The notes beneath the pieces are model-generated. The model did not search any database. It was not told the origin of the DNA and was given only the letters and a program-made list of their open reading frames with translations. Position numbers and translations under genes: made by a program. 64,000 nucleotides of DNA from a virus (lineage: Duplodnaviria > Caudoviricetes). Location of the stretch: positions 32,001 through 96,000 of the IMG/VR virus record IMGVR_UViG_3300021255_004000; one strand, written 5' to 3'. Shown piece by piece: positions 1 to 9,294 of the stretch (positions are counted from its first letter, which is position 1; each line of letters begins with the position of its first letter).

Positions 1-237
1 ATTAAGACAGAGAACGGTGACTTCAGATTTGTTTGTCCTGTTTGTAAATGTGATGATCCTGATAAGCAACTTGTAACACGCCGCATCTGTGGTTATATGG
101 GAGTTGTAAATGCGGGTAATGTAAACAAAGGACGAGGTGATGATATTTACAATCGTTGTTTGCATCTTGACAGTGAAAGCAACATTCGTTATGTAAATCA
201 CACAAAACCAATTCCTAAAAATTGTTTATGTTCTTAA
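1..237 (+). CDS. nrdD: Anaerobic (class III) ribonucleotide reductase large subunit, C-terminal part (5' truncated by window)
   Basis: Frame 1 reads ...CPVCKCDD...VTRRICGYMG...: CxxC zinc motif plus glycyl-radical RxCGY loop; nrdG follows. Confidence 0.9.
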   Translation: MKTENGDFRFVCPVCKCDDPDKQLVTRRICGYMGVVNAGNVNKGRGDDIYNRCLHLDSESNIRYVNHTKPIPKNCLCS

Positions 238-256
238 AATGAAACAAGCATAAAAA

Positions 257-284
257 TACCCGCTCGAAATTGAGCGGGTTTTAT
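257..284. terminator. Bidirectional intrinsic terminator
   Basis: ACCCGCTC-gaaatt-GAGCGGGT hairpin with A/T tracts between convergent genes. Confidence 0.75.
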
Positions 285-285
285 T

Positions 286-1098
286 TTATTTACCGTTTTT
301 ACTGTTTAAGTACTTCATTATGTGATTTTCCAATTTCCACATATCGCAGTAAAGACAATCATCAGATAAGATGTAATTTAAGTATGGCAAAACCTGCTCT
401 GGAAGTCCACACCAGTTAGCAGTCTTTAATGCAAGTTCCGCATACTCATCATACAATATGTCCTCGTCTTTGCTTTCACAAGCACTCATATTGTAAACAA
501 AGCGGCGGACGAACTGTCTTAATTCAACAGAAAGACGAACTCTTGTATCTTCACGAAGTGTGTTTTTTGAACTTTGAGCGTCTTCATTCAAAATCTTATC
601 AAAAAGTGCGTTTTTATTTTCACCATATAATTCATTGTACATTCTGTTAAGTCCTTCTATTTTGTAAATCAATTCATAAGTATCTTCTTCACCAAGAGCA
701 TCAACTCTTTCAAGCGTCATTGTTTCATAGGGGCTTAATTCCCAATGTTTGATTTCAGCAATGTCTGCATCGCTTGACAAAACTTTTACAACAAGACGAG
801 CTTCATCAACATTTACATAAGCATCAAGAACTGATGTATCTGGACAAGTTGATAAGTCAAGATTGTCGTTTACAAAGTCTTCAACGCTGTCAGCTTTTCC
901 ATAGCATCCTGCTGTGTCACGATGATCTGCAAGATCAAAGCCCATTCCTTCATAGCCTGAATAATCATTATCTTCGCTGTCATTGCCTTTGAAACAAGCA
1001 ATCACAAACTTTTCAAAAGCATTTGGATTTGTCCAAAAAGCATCAGGCGGGTCAAAGCCAAATGCAACAGGACCTCTATAGTTTTCTGCCATTATCAT
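286..1098 (-). CDS. Hypothetical acidic protein
   Basis: 270-aa ORF with AGGAG RBS. Confidence 0.7.
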   Translation of the reverse strand: MIMAENYRGPVAFGFDPPDAFWTNPNAFEKFVIACFKGNDSEDNDYSGYEGMGFDLADHRDTAGCYGKADSVEDFVNDNLDLSTCPDTSVLDAYVNVDEARLVVKVLSSDADIAEIKHWELSPYETMTLERVDALGEEDTYELIYKIEGLNRMYNELYGENKNALFDKILNEDAQSSKNTLREDTRVRLSVELRQFVRRFVYNMSACESKDEDILYDEYAELALKTANWCGLPEQVLPYLNYILSDDCLYCDMWKLENHIMKYLNSKNGK

Positions 1099-1134
1099 TT
1101 CTCCTGTTAATATAAAATTAGTAAAGAGGATTCT

Positions 1135-1617
1135 ATGGGAAACTACTCAGTCATTAAAGAGTTTTGTACTTCCAACGGCCCAGGCGTCCGTACCTCAATA
1201 TATTTGAGCGGTTGTAACATTCATTGTAAAGGATGTTTTAACTATGATGCTTGGGACTTCACTTCAGGTGAACCTGTCACAGAAGAAGTAATCAATCAAC
1301 TTATTAAGTCGATTGAGCCTGAGTTCATTCAAGGCATTTCTATTTTAGGTGGAGAGCCTATGGATGTAAAAAATCAAGCAACAACACTTGAAATCATAAA
1401 AGCAGTGAAGAAAGCTTACGGTGACAAAAAAGACATTTGGATTTGGACAGGCTATGAAATTGATAGAAACCTGCCGCATACACCTTCAACAAAACAGATA
1501 CTTCGTAATGTAGATGTTATCGTTGATGGCCCTTTTGTCATTGAAGAACAAGATGTAAAACTGCCTTATATGGGCTCAAGAAATCAACGCGTACTTCATA
1601 AAGGCGTTGATTTCTAA
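1135..1617 (+). CDS. nrdG: Anaerobic RNR activating enzyme (radical SAM)
   Basis: NGPGVR...SGCNIHCKGCFN (CxxxCxxC), LGGEP, VDGPF, GSRNQR. Confidence 0.95.
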   Translation: MGNYSVIKEFCTSNGPGVRTSIYLSGCNIHCKGCFNYDAWDFTSGEPVTEEVINQLIKSIEPEFIQGISILGGEPMDVKNQATTLEIIKAVKKAYGDKKDIWIWTGYEIDRNLPHTPSTKQILRNVDVIVDGPFVIEEQDVKLPYMGSRNQRVLHKGVDF

Positions 1618-2030
1618 ACATTTGGTTGTTCTTTGGAAACAACTTTGTTTGGTCCGTCTTCAGTCCAAACCCACAAGACAAGATCTGGGTCGATTGCAAC
1701 ATCATAAACAGCGTTTGGCGCATTTGCTTCGGCATCTGCTGACCAAACCTCACCAGCCTGTGTCTCATCTGGGATTTTGTGACTGTGACTTGAAAATGAT
1801 GAGTCACCAGAGCCACCGCCCACAGACTCTGTTGGCAACTCCTTCCAAGCGCCTTCTTTAGGCTTATAGTAAACAGTTGCGTTTTCTTTGTTAAACTTTT
1901 CCTTTGCATCACGCAAAGATACCATCTTAGTAAGTTGAAACTTATAAGGATTTTCAGCATCTAAAGGCTGTGCACCATCATCGAGAGTTTGAATAAATGT
2001 TTTATATGCGTCTTTGAAATCAACACCCAT
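1614..2030 (-). CDS. Hypothetical protein
   Basis: 138-aa ORF; ACTAA motif just before ATG. Confidence 0.6.
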   Translation of the reverse strand: MGVDFKDAYKTFIQTLDDGAQPLDAENPYKFQLTKMVSLRDAKEKFNKENATVYYKPKEGAWKELPTESVGGGSGDSSFSSHSHKIPDETQAGEVWSADAEANAPNAVYDVAIDPDLVLWVWTEDGPNKVVSKEQPNV

Positions 2031-2095
2031 ATCAGTTAGTCACAGAATGTTAATATAAATAAAGACATACTAGATAATATCAATTTGGAGGATAT

Positions 2096-3370
2096 ATGAG
2101 TTATTTTGGAAAGGTAAGATGGGCAGCATTCCAGCCACTCATTGGCGGCTGCGATATAGGCGCTGAAAAGTCATTTGGCTGTAAACCTACTTGTGTTATC
2201 GACTATGATGGCGTCGCAAACTCTGATCTTTACCTCAACTATATGGCAAATGTCAAAAAGACACCATTAAAACATTTTGTAATTGATGGCGGAGCCTATT
2301 CACTTGCAAAAGACTTGAAGAAAGATGAAGATGGAAATCCTATTTACAGTTGGTCAGATCCTGAACTTCAGAATCTTGATGTTGTTGTAGGCGTTCCTAT
2401 TTGTGCAGGTCTTTCTTCAGCAAACACACAAAACAGTTCATCATCAAAGATGGGCCGCGGTTCTGATGCTATGCAGAACAACAATATGTTGGGTATGCTA
2501 GACATTACACTGAACACAATCAAACCGAAAGTTTACATTTTTGAAAACGCTTACAAGCTTGCAACTCCACTTGGTGCAGGCATTAAAGAAAAGTTGATTA
2601 AACTTGCAAATGAAGCAGGCTACGCAACAAACATCGTTAAGGTAAACACAATCAACCACGGCTTGCCACAGAATCGTACTCGTACTTTCTTTGTTGCTTA
2701 CCGTGGAGATGTTGCTCCTTTGATGACATATGAACCAACACCTTGTCCAACAATTATGGATGTTCTTGAAGGCTTGCCACCTCAGCAGTCAGCATTCCAA
2801 GAAAGAAGCTCTGACGACGGTTGGATTCAGTACTTGAAAGATAAGTGGGGTCCAAATTACCGCGAAGAGTGGGCAAAACACGCAAGCGCTGCTGACTTTG
2901 TCGCCGATGAATGTGGCGATATGGAAATGGCAAAGAAGTACTTTGACGAAAAAGGTAAGAAGATTATCGACTATTGTATCAGCAAGAAAGCTCAGGGCAA
3001 AGGCTGGATGTCAGGTGCTCCACTTTACTATGGTCCTTCAAAACTTCCTTCATTGTATGGCCGCTCAATGGGTCGTTGTTGGCATCCTACTGAAGAGCGC
3101 GGATTCTCATTGCGTGAATGTATGCGTTTGATGGCAATGCCTGATGACTTTGAATGTCCGCCAAAAGGAAAGGCTGGTATGATTGGTCAGAATGTTCCTG
3201 TATGTACTGCAGCTTACTACACAAATCAGGTTTTGAAATATCTTGACGGCGAGTTGAAGATGTCCGAACAGAAAAATGTTGAACAGGATTTCTGCTCAAC
3301 TGGAGCGATTAGGAAAGAAGCAAAGTTAAAGCCTTTACCTAAGACAGGATTTGCTGCAATACTGAAATAA
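2096..3370 (+). CDS. DNA (cytosine-5)-methyltransferase, divergent
   Basis: Catalytic GVPIC, FENA (motif VI), LPQNRTRTF (VIII), RECMRLM (IX), GQNVP (X); atypical motif I FQPLIGG. Confidence 0.8.
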   Translation: MSYFGKVRWAAFQPLIGGCDIGAEKSFGCKPTCVIDYDGVANSDLYLNYMANVKKTPLKHFVIDGGAYSLAKDLKKDEDGNPIYSWSDPELQNLDVVVGVPICAGLSSANTQNSSSSKMGRGSDAMQNNNMLGMLDITLNTIKPKVYIFENAYKLATPLGAGIKEKLIKLANEAGYATNIVKVNTINHGLPQNRTRTFFVAYRGDVAPLMTYEPTPCPTIMDVLEGLPPQQSAFQERSSDDGWIQYLKDKWGPNYREEWAKHASAADFVADECGDMEMAKKYFDEKGKKIIDYCISKKAQGKGWMSGAPLYYGPSKLPSLYGRSMGRCWHPTEERGFSLRECMRLMAMPDDFECPPKGKAGMIGQNVPVCTAAYYTNQVLKYLDGELKMSEQKNVEQDFCSTGAIRKEAKLKPLPKTGFAAILK

Positions 3371-3438
3371 ATTAAAATAACAATAAAGATTAAGTCGGAA
3401 ACCTATGTGGTTTCCGATTTTTTTTTCAACTAAATTAT

Positions 3439-4092
3439 ATGAAAGTTATAATTACAAATGATTCATTGGACAGCTTATTAAGCGTACAAATAAGCACAAA
3501 CGGCGGACAGAGCTATTCTACATATAGTGTTAGCTCTCTTAAAGATGGCTTAACATTTGACTGTAGTCCTAAAGACTTAAAAGTCATTTGTGATGTAAAC
3601 ACATTGAAGTATATTCAAGTTCTTGCTGATGGCGAAAAAGCAAGCAGCAGTGACATTGACTTAAGCAACTACATAAAGATTAAAGACATTTATGTTGATC
3701 TTTATAAAAATACTTATTATGGCAGCAAAGATCTTTCTGATGAGGAAAGACGCAAGTTATCAGACCTTGAACGAATGATGTATGATAATAAAGATTATAG
3801 GTTTTATTGTAATGGTGAAGGTTTTGAACCTGAAATGTGTAGTAAAGATTTGAGAGTTGCTCCTGCTGAAGTAGATGATTATTGGAATTCTGGAATTAGT
3901 TTTGATTATGATTTTCACAATTCTTGGCGTTCAAATAACGGCTACTATTATTACTTCATAAATAATGAAGATATTTTAATTGATGCACCTTATTTTAATC
4001 TAATATGTCCTGATTGTTATGGGTATATTGATGATAACACCAACCATAAGTTTTTGATAAATGAAAGAATTCACTTTATTAAACATTTCTAA
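3439..4092 (+). CDS. Hypothetical protein
   Basis: 217-aa ORF, AT-rich 3' half. Confidence 0.6.
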   Translation: MKVIITNDSLDSLLSVQISTNGGQSYSTYSVSSLKDGLTFDCSPKDLKVICDVNTLKYIQVLADGEKASSSDIDLSNYIKIKDIYVDLYKNTYYGSKDLSDEERRKLSDLERMMYDNKDYRFYCNGEGFEPEMCSKDLRVAPAEVDDYWNSGISFDYDFHNSWRSNNGYYYYFINNEDILIDAPYFNLICPDCYGYIDDNTNHKFLINERIHFIKHF

Positions 4093-4837
4093 TTACATAG
4101 AAAATCCTATAGCAAACTTTTGTATATCTAAGTATGAACACAAAAAGATTTATACTCTTGATGATGTAATGCCAGATATACAAAAGTTGAAGCATTCAAA
4201 ATATATTTTAGAACATAATTGTGGAATGTCTTTATTAGGGGATCAACTCAGATTATATCTTGCATCCAAGCAAGACAACTTTTTATATGTTGATGCAGAC
4301 TGCTACATACCTGATTTTTCAGAAATATTAAGTCATAAAAACTGCACTTGTTACGATGACTTCGGAAGAATAAATAACGGCACATTCTTTTATTCACAAC
4401 ACGACTGTGAGTTTAACAATTACTACTTAAACTTATATGATAAAGTACCTGAAAGAGACTACAGACTTTATAACACAGACTTTTTCAGAAAATATCCTTA
4501 TAAGTTGGATTTAAAAAACAAAAAGTCAGGTGATATGGATTTAATTAAAGTAAAGTATCATCATTTTATGATAAGCAAGTTTTATTATTTCAAAAAGTTT
4601 TATCCTAATGTTGATACAATTTATTATATAAAAGAGCCACATCCACTCTTTAGTGTTCCTAGTGTTTATTGGAGAATGTTTGAAGATTATAAATCTTTCA
4701 TTATGAATACTGCAAACGGGAAAGTTTGGCATTACAACACAGTGAATTGTTTAATACCACAAAATGACTTGATAAGACTCTTTAAAGAGCAAATGAATTA
4801 CACATATCAAAAACAATTAAAATATGTTGAAATGTAA
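4061..4837 (+). CDS. Putative DxD glycosyltransferase-like protein
   Basis: DQLRLYLA...FLYVDADC resembles the GT32-type DxxR...YxDxD signature. Confidence 0.5.
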   Translation: MKEFTLLNISNYIENPIANFCISKYEHKKIYTLDDVMPDIQKLKHSKYILEHNCGMSLLGDQLRLYLASKQDNFLYVDADCYIPDFSEILSHKNCTCYDDFGRINNGTFFYSQHDCEFNNYYLNLYDKVPERDYRLYNTDFFRKYPYKLDLKNKKSGDMDLIKVKYHHFMISKFYYFKKFYPNVDTIYYIKEPHPLFSVPSVYWRMFEDYKSFIMNTANGKVWHYNTVNCLIPQNDLIRLFKEQMNYTYQKQLKYVEM

Positions 4838-4866
4838 AAAAGGCGAGCAGTTGCTCGCCTTATATT

Positions 4867-5427
4867 TTAAGCAAAGTTTTTTATCGCTTCAATAATCTCT
4901 TCGTCTGAGCGTGAACCATCAACAACAGTCCACTTTCCATCTTTGGAAATTGCTTTTGACTGACCACTTAAAACACAAAGTTTTGCAGGTGGCTCATTCC
5001 CAGTTGCTTCTTTCCAAAGTCTTTCAACTTTAGCAAATGGCGTCTCGGCTTTTGCACCTGCATCAGCAGCAACAGAAACATCTTCACTGAAATCATCAAT
5101 GTCGTCCCACTCAGATGGACTGTCTGCTGTTTCAATAGTCATATTATATTTATCACCGTTATCATAACGGAAAACAGCTGAAGTTGAGCCTTCAGAGAAT
5201 GCGTCAGCAACTGCATCATCGATTTCAAGAGTGTTTGTAATAGCACCACAGTCTTTCAACCAACTTCTTAAAACTCCAGTAGCTTCATCGTATGGGATTT
5301 TCTGAATCATATCAAGTGATACATCTTCAGAATCTGAACCAAGGTACTCGCCGCTTCCTGTTGCATAGCCCCAGAGAGTATCCTCTCCATCATCTGCCAT
5401 ATTAAATCTAAAATATTTTGTTTGCAT
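4867..5427 (-). CDS. Hypothetical protein
   Basis: Start moved to MQTKYF (GAGG RBS). Confidence 0.65.
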   Translation of the reverse strand: MQTKYFRFNMADDGEDTLWGYATGSGEYLGSDSEDVSLDMIQKIPYDEATGVLRSWLKDCGAITNTLEIDDAVADAFSEGSTSAVFRYDNGDKYNMTIETADSPSEWDDIDDFSEDVSVAADAGAKAETPFAKVERLWKEATGNEPPAKLCVLSGQSKAISKDGKWTVVDGSRSDEEIIEAIKNFA

Positions 5428-5437
5428 CTTGTCCTCT

Positions 5438-5980
5438 TTATTTTTTGATTTGTCTATTTGACTCCCAAGATGTTTCCTGAGCAAGCTGCTCAAGATAAAT
5501 ATCAAGGTCATTATTGATACGAGCAATAGCAGTAAGGTACAATTTCATTTCATTCTGAGCACGAACGATCATTTTGAAATATGTATCTTTCTGTCCTTCA
5601 GCAACATCATACAAACTTTTTACCTGCTCAATTCTTTGGTTGTCTGCACGCATTGCGTCAAGATCATAAGCACCAGCAGAAGAAGCAAAAACGCCAGGAA
5701 GATTGTATGTACCACCGTTGTTTGCCTTTGAGTACTTTGCAACGATGTCGCTTTTCTCAACAGACAAGTCAACATAATCAGTAATTGAATCACGGTAAAG
5801 TGATACAGCAGATTTAAGAGAGTCGATTTCTTTCAAACATTTTTCAATGTTATCCTTAAGGCCAGTTCTAAGCGCTTCAATTACTTTTTGATTCTTTTCA
5901 TCAATATTCTGAACAGCATATCCTTCTTTCAAAGGCTGATGTTCACAAGCAATGATTTCATCGAAGTTTTCTTTATTCAT
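5438..5980 (-). CDS. Hypothetical coiled-coil protein
   Basis: Start MNKENF overlaps the upstream stop. Confidence 0.65.
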   Translation of the reverse strand: MNKENFDEIIACEHQPLKEGYAVQNIDEKNQKVIEALRTGLKDNIEKCLKEIDSLKSAVSLYRDSITDYVDLSVEKSDIVAKYSKANNGGTYNLPGVFASSAGAYDLDAMRADNQRIEQVKSLYDVAEGQKDTYFKMIVRAQNEMKLYLTAIARINNDLDIYLEQLAQETSWESNRQIKK

Positions 5981-7220
5981 CTTTATTCTCCTCGTCATCT
6001 TCAATATCACTGAAATCAAACTTATCAGCTTCAGAATCGAAGTCTTCAAGTTCGTCCTCAGAAACTTCCTGACCGCCGCTTACAATCATATCACTTGACA
6101 TTGTTTCAAAGCCGTTCCAAGTTGAGTTGTTTGCTTTTGCGTCAGCGTATGTAAACATATCAACTACTTCGTCAGAAAGATCATCTCCGTTATTTTCTTC
6201 TCCATCACGAGGTCCAAGGTAATCTGCAGCTTCTGATGCAGCATCAATATAATCAGCTTCCATAGGCTGGTCAAGAATTGCACGAGCAGCGTTTTTGTAA
6301 TTGATTTCTTTATTCCAAAAGTGGATGTAATCAGAGATAACAGGATCTTCGCTTTCAATATCTTTAAGTGCGTCAATAAACTTTTCTCCGCGGTCCTTAA
6401 GATAATCAACAAATGCAGGCCAAGTAATTGCTTCTTCAGAAACAACTTCCCATTCACCAGCATCACCTGTTTCAACAAATGATTTTATATCGGATATATT
6501 TGCAACTTTTTCACCAGCAGCAATAGCAATTTCTGCTATATCATCTGCTTCAGCAAGTGCTTCATTGTAAAGTTCTTCAGTAATTGCGTGGATTTTATCA
6601 AACTCAGTTCCTGAAGCGTGCCAATGCATAAACTTCAAATCGTTTGCAAAAAGATTGGCGAACATTGCAGCTTTTGCAATATTTCCAATATCTTTTTCTT
6701 CAACATCAGTTGTTTCTGTTGAGGTATCATCGTTGATGTCTGATGTTGAAAGGTCTTCCTCATTTTCGATAAGTTTCAAGAATGAGCCTTTTGGCAAAAC
6801 TCCTCCGTCTTCATCAATACGAAGCAAAAAGCCTTTCTTACCTTCAAGAATTGTTACTCCTTTTACAGGTGACTTAATAACTGTCAACTGAGGAGTAGGC
6901 TGTCCTTCAGGGATTTGTCCATTTGCTTGAATGTGTTTTGGGAATTCTGCAAGTTCAGCCGCTGCCACTTCAGGTACAACATAATTGTCAGAAAAAGAAT
7001 GAGAGAGTTTTGGGTCTTTTCTTTGATAGCGGACTGTCTTATAATTTGGATTGACTTCCTTAACTTCAAAGCCAGAGTTTTCAAGTGTTTTCTGAGCTTG
7101 AGGTTGGCTGTCTTGTTGAATTATGATTTCTTCCACAGACATTCCTGCAGGAGGCACAAAACCTAAAGCCTGCAAAAAGTTGGGGATAGTCAAATTGTCA
7201 CTGTTACTAACTAAGAACAT
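5973..7220 (-). CDS. Acidic protein with internal Dps/ferritin-like domain
   Basis: LKFMHWHASGTEFDKIHAITEELYNEALAEADDIAE matches the Dps HW...H...DxxxE ferroxidase pattern. Confidence 0.6.
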   Translation of the reverse strand: MFLVSNSDNLTIPNFLQALGFVPPAGMSVEEIIIQQDSQPQAQKTLENSGFEVKEVNPNYKTVRYQRKDPKLSHSFSDNYVVPEVAAAELAEFPKHIQANGQIPEGQPTPQLTVIKSPVKGVTILEGKKGFLLRIDEDGGVLPKGSFLKLIENEEDLSTSDINDDTSTETTDVEEKDIGNIAKAAMFANLFANDLKFMHWHASGTEFDKIHAITEELYNEALAEADDIAEIAIAAGEKVANISDIKSFVETGDAGEWEVVSEEAITWPAFVDYLKDRGEKFIDALKDIESEDPVISDYIHFWNKEINYKNAARAILDQPMEADYIDAASEAADYLGPRDGEENNGDDLSDEVVDMFTYADAKANNSTWNGFETMSSDMIVSGGQEVSEDELEDFDSEADKFDFSDIEDDEENKDE

Positions 7221-7259
7221 TTGTATTCCTCTTATATAGTTAGTAACAGCGATATGATT

Positions 7260-8021
7260 TTAATAAATGTTTGAAAGTGTTTTGATTTCGTTATCAAATA
7301 TCTCTTTAATTCCACGCATTTCACGGTGATAATCTTTAGGAGATATCTCCAAGTTTTTACAGATGGTTGCAACAGAGTCACGCTTCCCATCTCCAAACTT
7401 TGCACGAGTATTCCAAATCTTTACCTGTGTTGCATTGAAGCGCTTTGTCAAGCAGTTGTTTACAGCAGCCCAGAAAATCTTTTTCTCTGTCTGTTCTTCA
7501 TAGACTTTTTCTGGAGAGTTTGTTGTCAACTCATCAACAAGTAATGCAGCCTTGTTTTGAGTAAGATACTGACTTGAGTCGCCGTGCAAATCATTGCTGC
7601 CACTTGCCTGATTGTAGTCGGTAAGCATTTCATTTTTTGACTGTTCAATCAACTGCTTTGTGCGGTCACGATTGTAAGTCATCAAATAGCCCCAGTAAGC
7701 AGCATAAAATGTCCAAGTTCTTTTGCCCTGCTTGTTTGTCTTTTTTGGAATCTTTTCAAGTTTGATACTGTCCATAGCTTTTACAAGTTCAGAGTAAACA
7801 TCTGCTTCATAACTTTCAGTGATGTCGAAAATCTGATCTGTTGTAAAGTATGTCTTTTCGAGACGATGAACAAGATCCCACTTCATTTTGTGAGCAAGAT
7901 CAATGTACTGATTGTATGTCTGTTGCTGAAGTTCAACAATCTTTTTTGTGTCGCCTCTCTCCTTTGCAGTTACATAGTCAACTGCCATTTGATAATCATA
8001 AAAATCTTTAGCTTGCGCCAT
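7260..8021 (-). CDS. Putative phage sigma factor (sigma70-family-like)
   Basis: Region-2-like TFYAAYWGYL, SPEKVYE linker, C-terminal HTH (SVATICKNLEISPKDYHREM). Confidence 0.55.
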   Translation of the reverse strand: MAQAKDFYDYQMAVDYVTAKERGDTKKIVELQQQTYNQYIDLAHKMKWDLVHRLEKTYFTTDQIFDITESYEADVYSELVKAMDSIKLEKIPKKTNKQGKRTWTFYAAYWGYLMTYNRDRTKQLIEQSKNEMLTDYNQASGSNDLHGDSSQYLTQNKAALLVDELTTNSPEKVYEEQTEKKIFWAAVNNCLTKRFNATQVKIWNTRAKFGDGKRDSVATICKNLEISPKDYHREMRGIKEIFDNEIKTLSNIY

Positions 8022-8511
8022 CTTCTGTTCCTCCAAGATTGATTGTGACTTCTACAAGACGACTGTTTATCCAGCCATCTTTGTATTCACATGCACAATC
8101 GAATCCTTTGAGTTTCAGAAGGATAACAATCATTTTTCCAAGTTCAATAACGTCCTCTTCAGGAACGATATTTTCCTCAGTTTTCTGAACAACATCGACC
8201 TCTTCATAATGGTCTAATTTGTCTTTTCCTTTTCTGTCTTTTGCATAAACAGGAACTCTTTCTTTCCACTTTTTCTCCACAGGAACTTTTTTCATATTGA
8301 CATAGCCTTCAAGATAGAAGTCATCTTCATTTTCATTGTCAAAGCTAACGGTTAAACCGTTTGGAGAACGAATCATTTTACAAGCGCTTCTTGTGATTGC
8401 TGCATCAAGCTCTTTCAAAAGAGTGTTGTACTCAGGGTGGTCATTGAAAAACTTTTCAACAATCGACCAAGCATTGTTTCTGATGTCAGTTGCTGTGCAA
8501 AAATCAAACAT
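8008..8511 (-). CDS. Hypothetical protein
   Basis: 167-aa ORF coupled to neighbours. Confidence 0.65.
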   Translation of the reverse strand: MFDFCTATDIRNNAWSIVEKFFNDHPEYNTLLKELDAAITRSACKMIRSPNGLTVSFDNENEDDFYLEGYVNMKKVPVEKKWKERVPVYAKDRKGKDKLDHYEEVDVVQKTEENIVPEEDVIELGKMIVILLKLKGFDCACEYKDGWINSRLVEVTINLGGTEDGAS

Positions 8512-8711
8512 TACTCAGCCTCCTCAACAAAAAAGCACTGTGGATTTTCTGCATAATACTCGTATGCAGCAAAAGCTTTATCGCCATAAACTTCATAAGC
8601 AGACTTGCCGTAAGCTTTTTCAACAAGAGCCTCAAAATCTGACCAAGTGAACTCTTCAGCAAATGCAGCGACACTCAAAGACATCAAAATTGCAACGATA
8701 AGCTTTTTCAT
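8511..8711 (-). CDS. Small secreted protein
   Basis: MKKLIVAILMSLSVAAFA-EE signal peptide; GAGG RBS. Confidence 0.6.
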   Translation of the reverse strand: MKKLIVAILMSLSVAAFAEEFTWSDFEALVEKAYGKSAYEVYGDKAFAAYEYYAENPQCFFVEEAE

Positions 8712-8727
8712 TTTTAACCTCGGATTT

Positions 8728-8756
8728 AATATAAAAGAAAAACCAGGGAAGTTCAA
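8728..8756 (-). promoter_or_regulatory. Early-type promoter TTGAAC-N17-TATATT
   Basis: One of 10 copies with an exact 17-nt spacer. Confidence 0.7.
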
Positions 8757-8783
8757 TTTTCCCTGGTTGTTGAAAACTGTTGC

Positions 8784-9092
8784 TTAAGCCTCAACATTTA
8801 CAGTTGCGGTTTTTGCAGCCTTTGTTGCTTTCTTTGCTTTAGGAGCCTTTGCAACAGGAGCAGTCTTTTCTGAGTTGATTACGAGAAGAGTTTTGCCGTT
8901 TGCCATCGGGAAGCGAGAAAGTCCTTCGCGGTCAACTGATGTGTTGATGTAGTTTTTGTACAAGTTGTAGCGGCTTACTCCGAGCTCTGCTGCAGCTTCC
9001 TTGAGGGTAAGGTCATTTTTGTAGTTTCCTGAACCTTCCTGAATTGCGAGTGCTGTGTTGAACTTGCGAACGATCTTAACTGTCTTTGCCAT
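8784..9092 (-). CDS. Small HTH DNA-binding protein with basic K/A tail
   Basis: LTLKEAAAELGVSRYNLYK HTH; KAPKAKKATKAAK tail; GGAGG RBS. Confidence 0.65.
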   Translation of the reverse strand: MAKTVKIVRKFNTALAIQEGSGNYKNDLTLKEAAAELGVSRYNLYKNYINTSVDREGLSRFPMANGKTLLVINSEKTAPVAKAPKAKKATKAAKTATVNVEA

Positions 9093-9165
9093 ATTAGGCC
9101 TCCTTTGTTGTTGCGGATCTTTTCCTTTCCGCTTTTTGTTGGTTTTTTGTCGGTTTGACAATAAT

Positions 9166-9194
9166 AATATAAAAGACCTGATGCAAAAGTTCAA
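9166..9194 (-). promoter_or_regulatory. Early-type promoter TTGAAC-N17-TATATT
   Basis: Conserved repeat. Confidence 0.8.
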
Positions 9195-9214
9195 AAAATA
9201 TGAAAAATTTTCCC

Positions 9215-9242
9215 ACTTTTTTAGCTATATGGGACAATATAA
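9215..9242 (+). repeat. 28-bp perfect repeat ACTTTTTTAGCTATATGGGACAATATAA, copy 1
   Basis: Identical at 30676-30703 (+) and 59861-59888 (-). Confidence 0.9.
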
Positions 9243-9294
9243 AATATAATGAAAAATGGAATTATTTTACTAATTCTATTATAAGAGGATAGTA

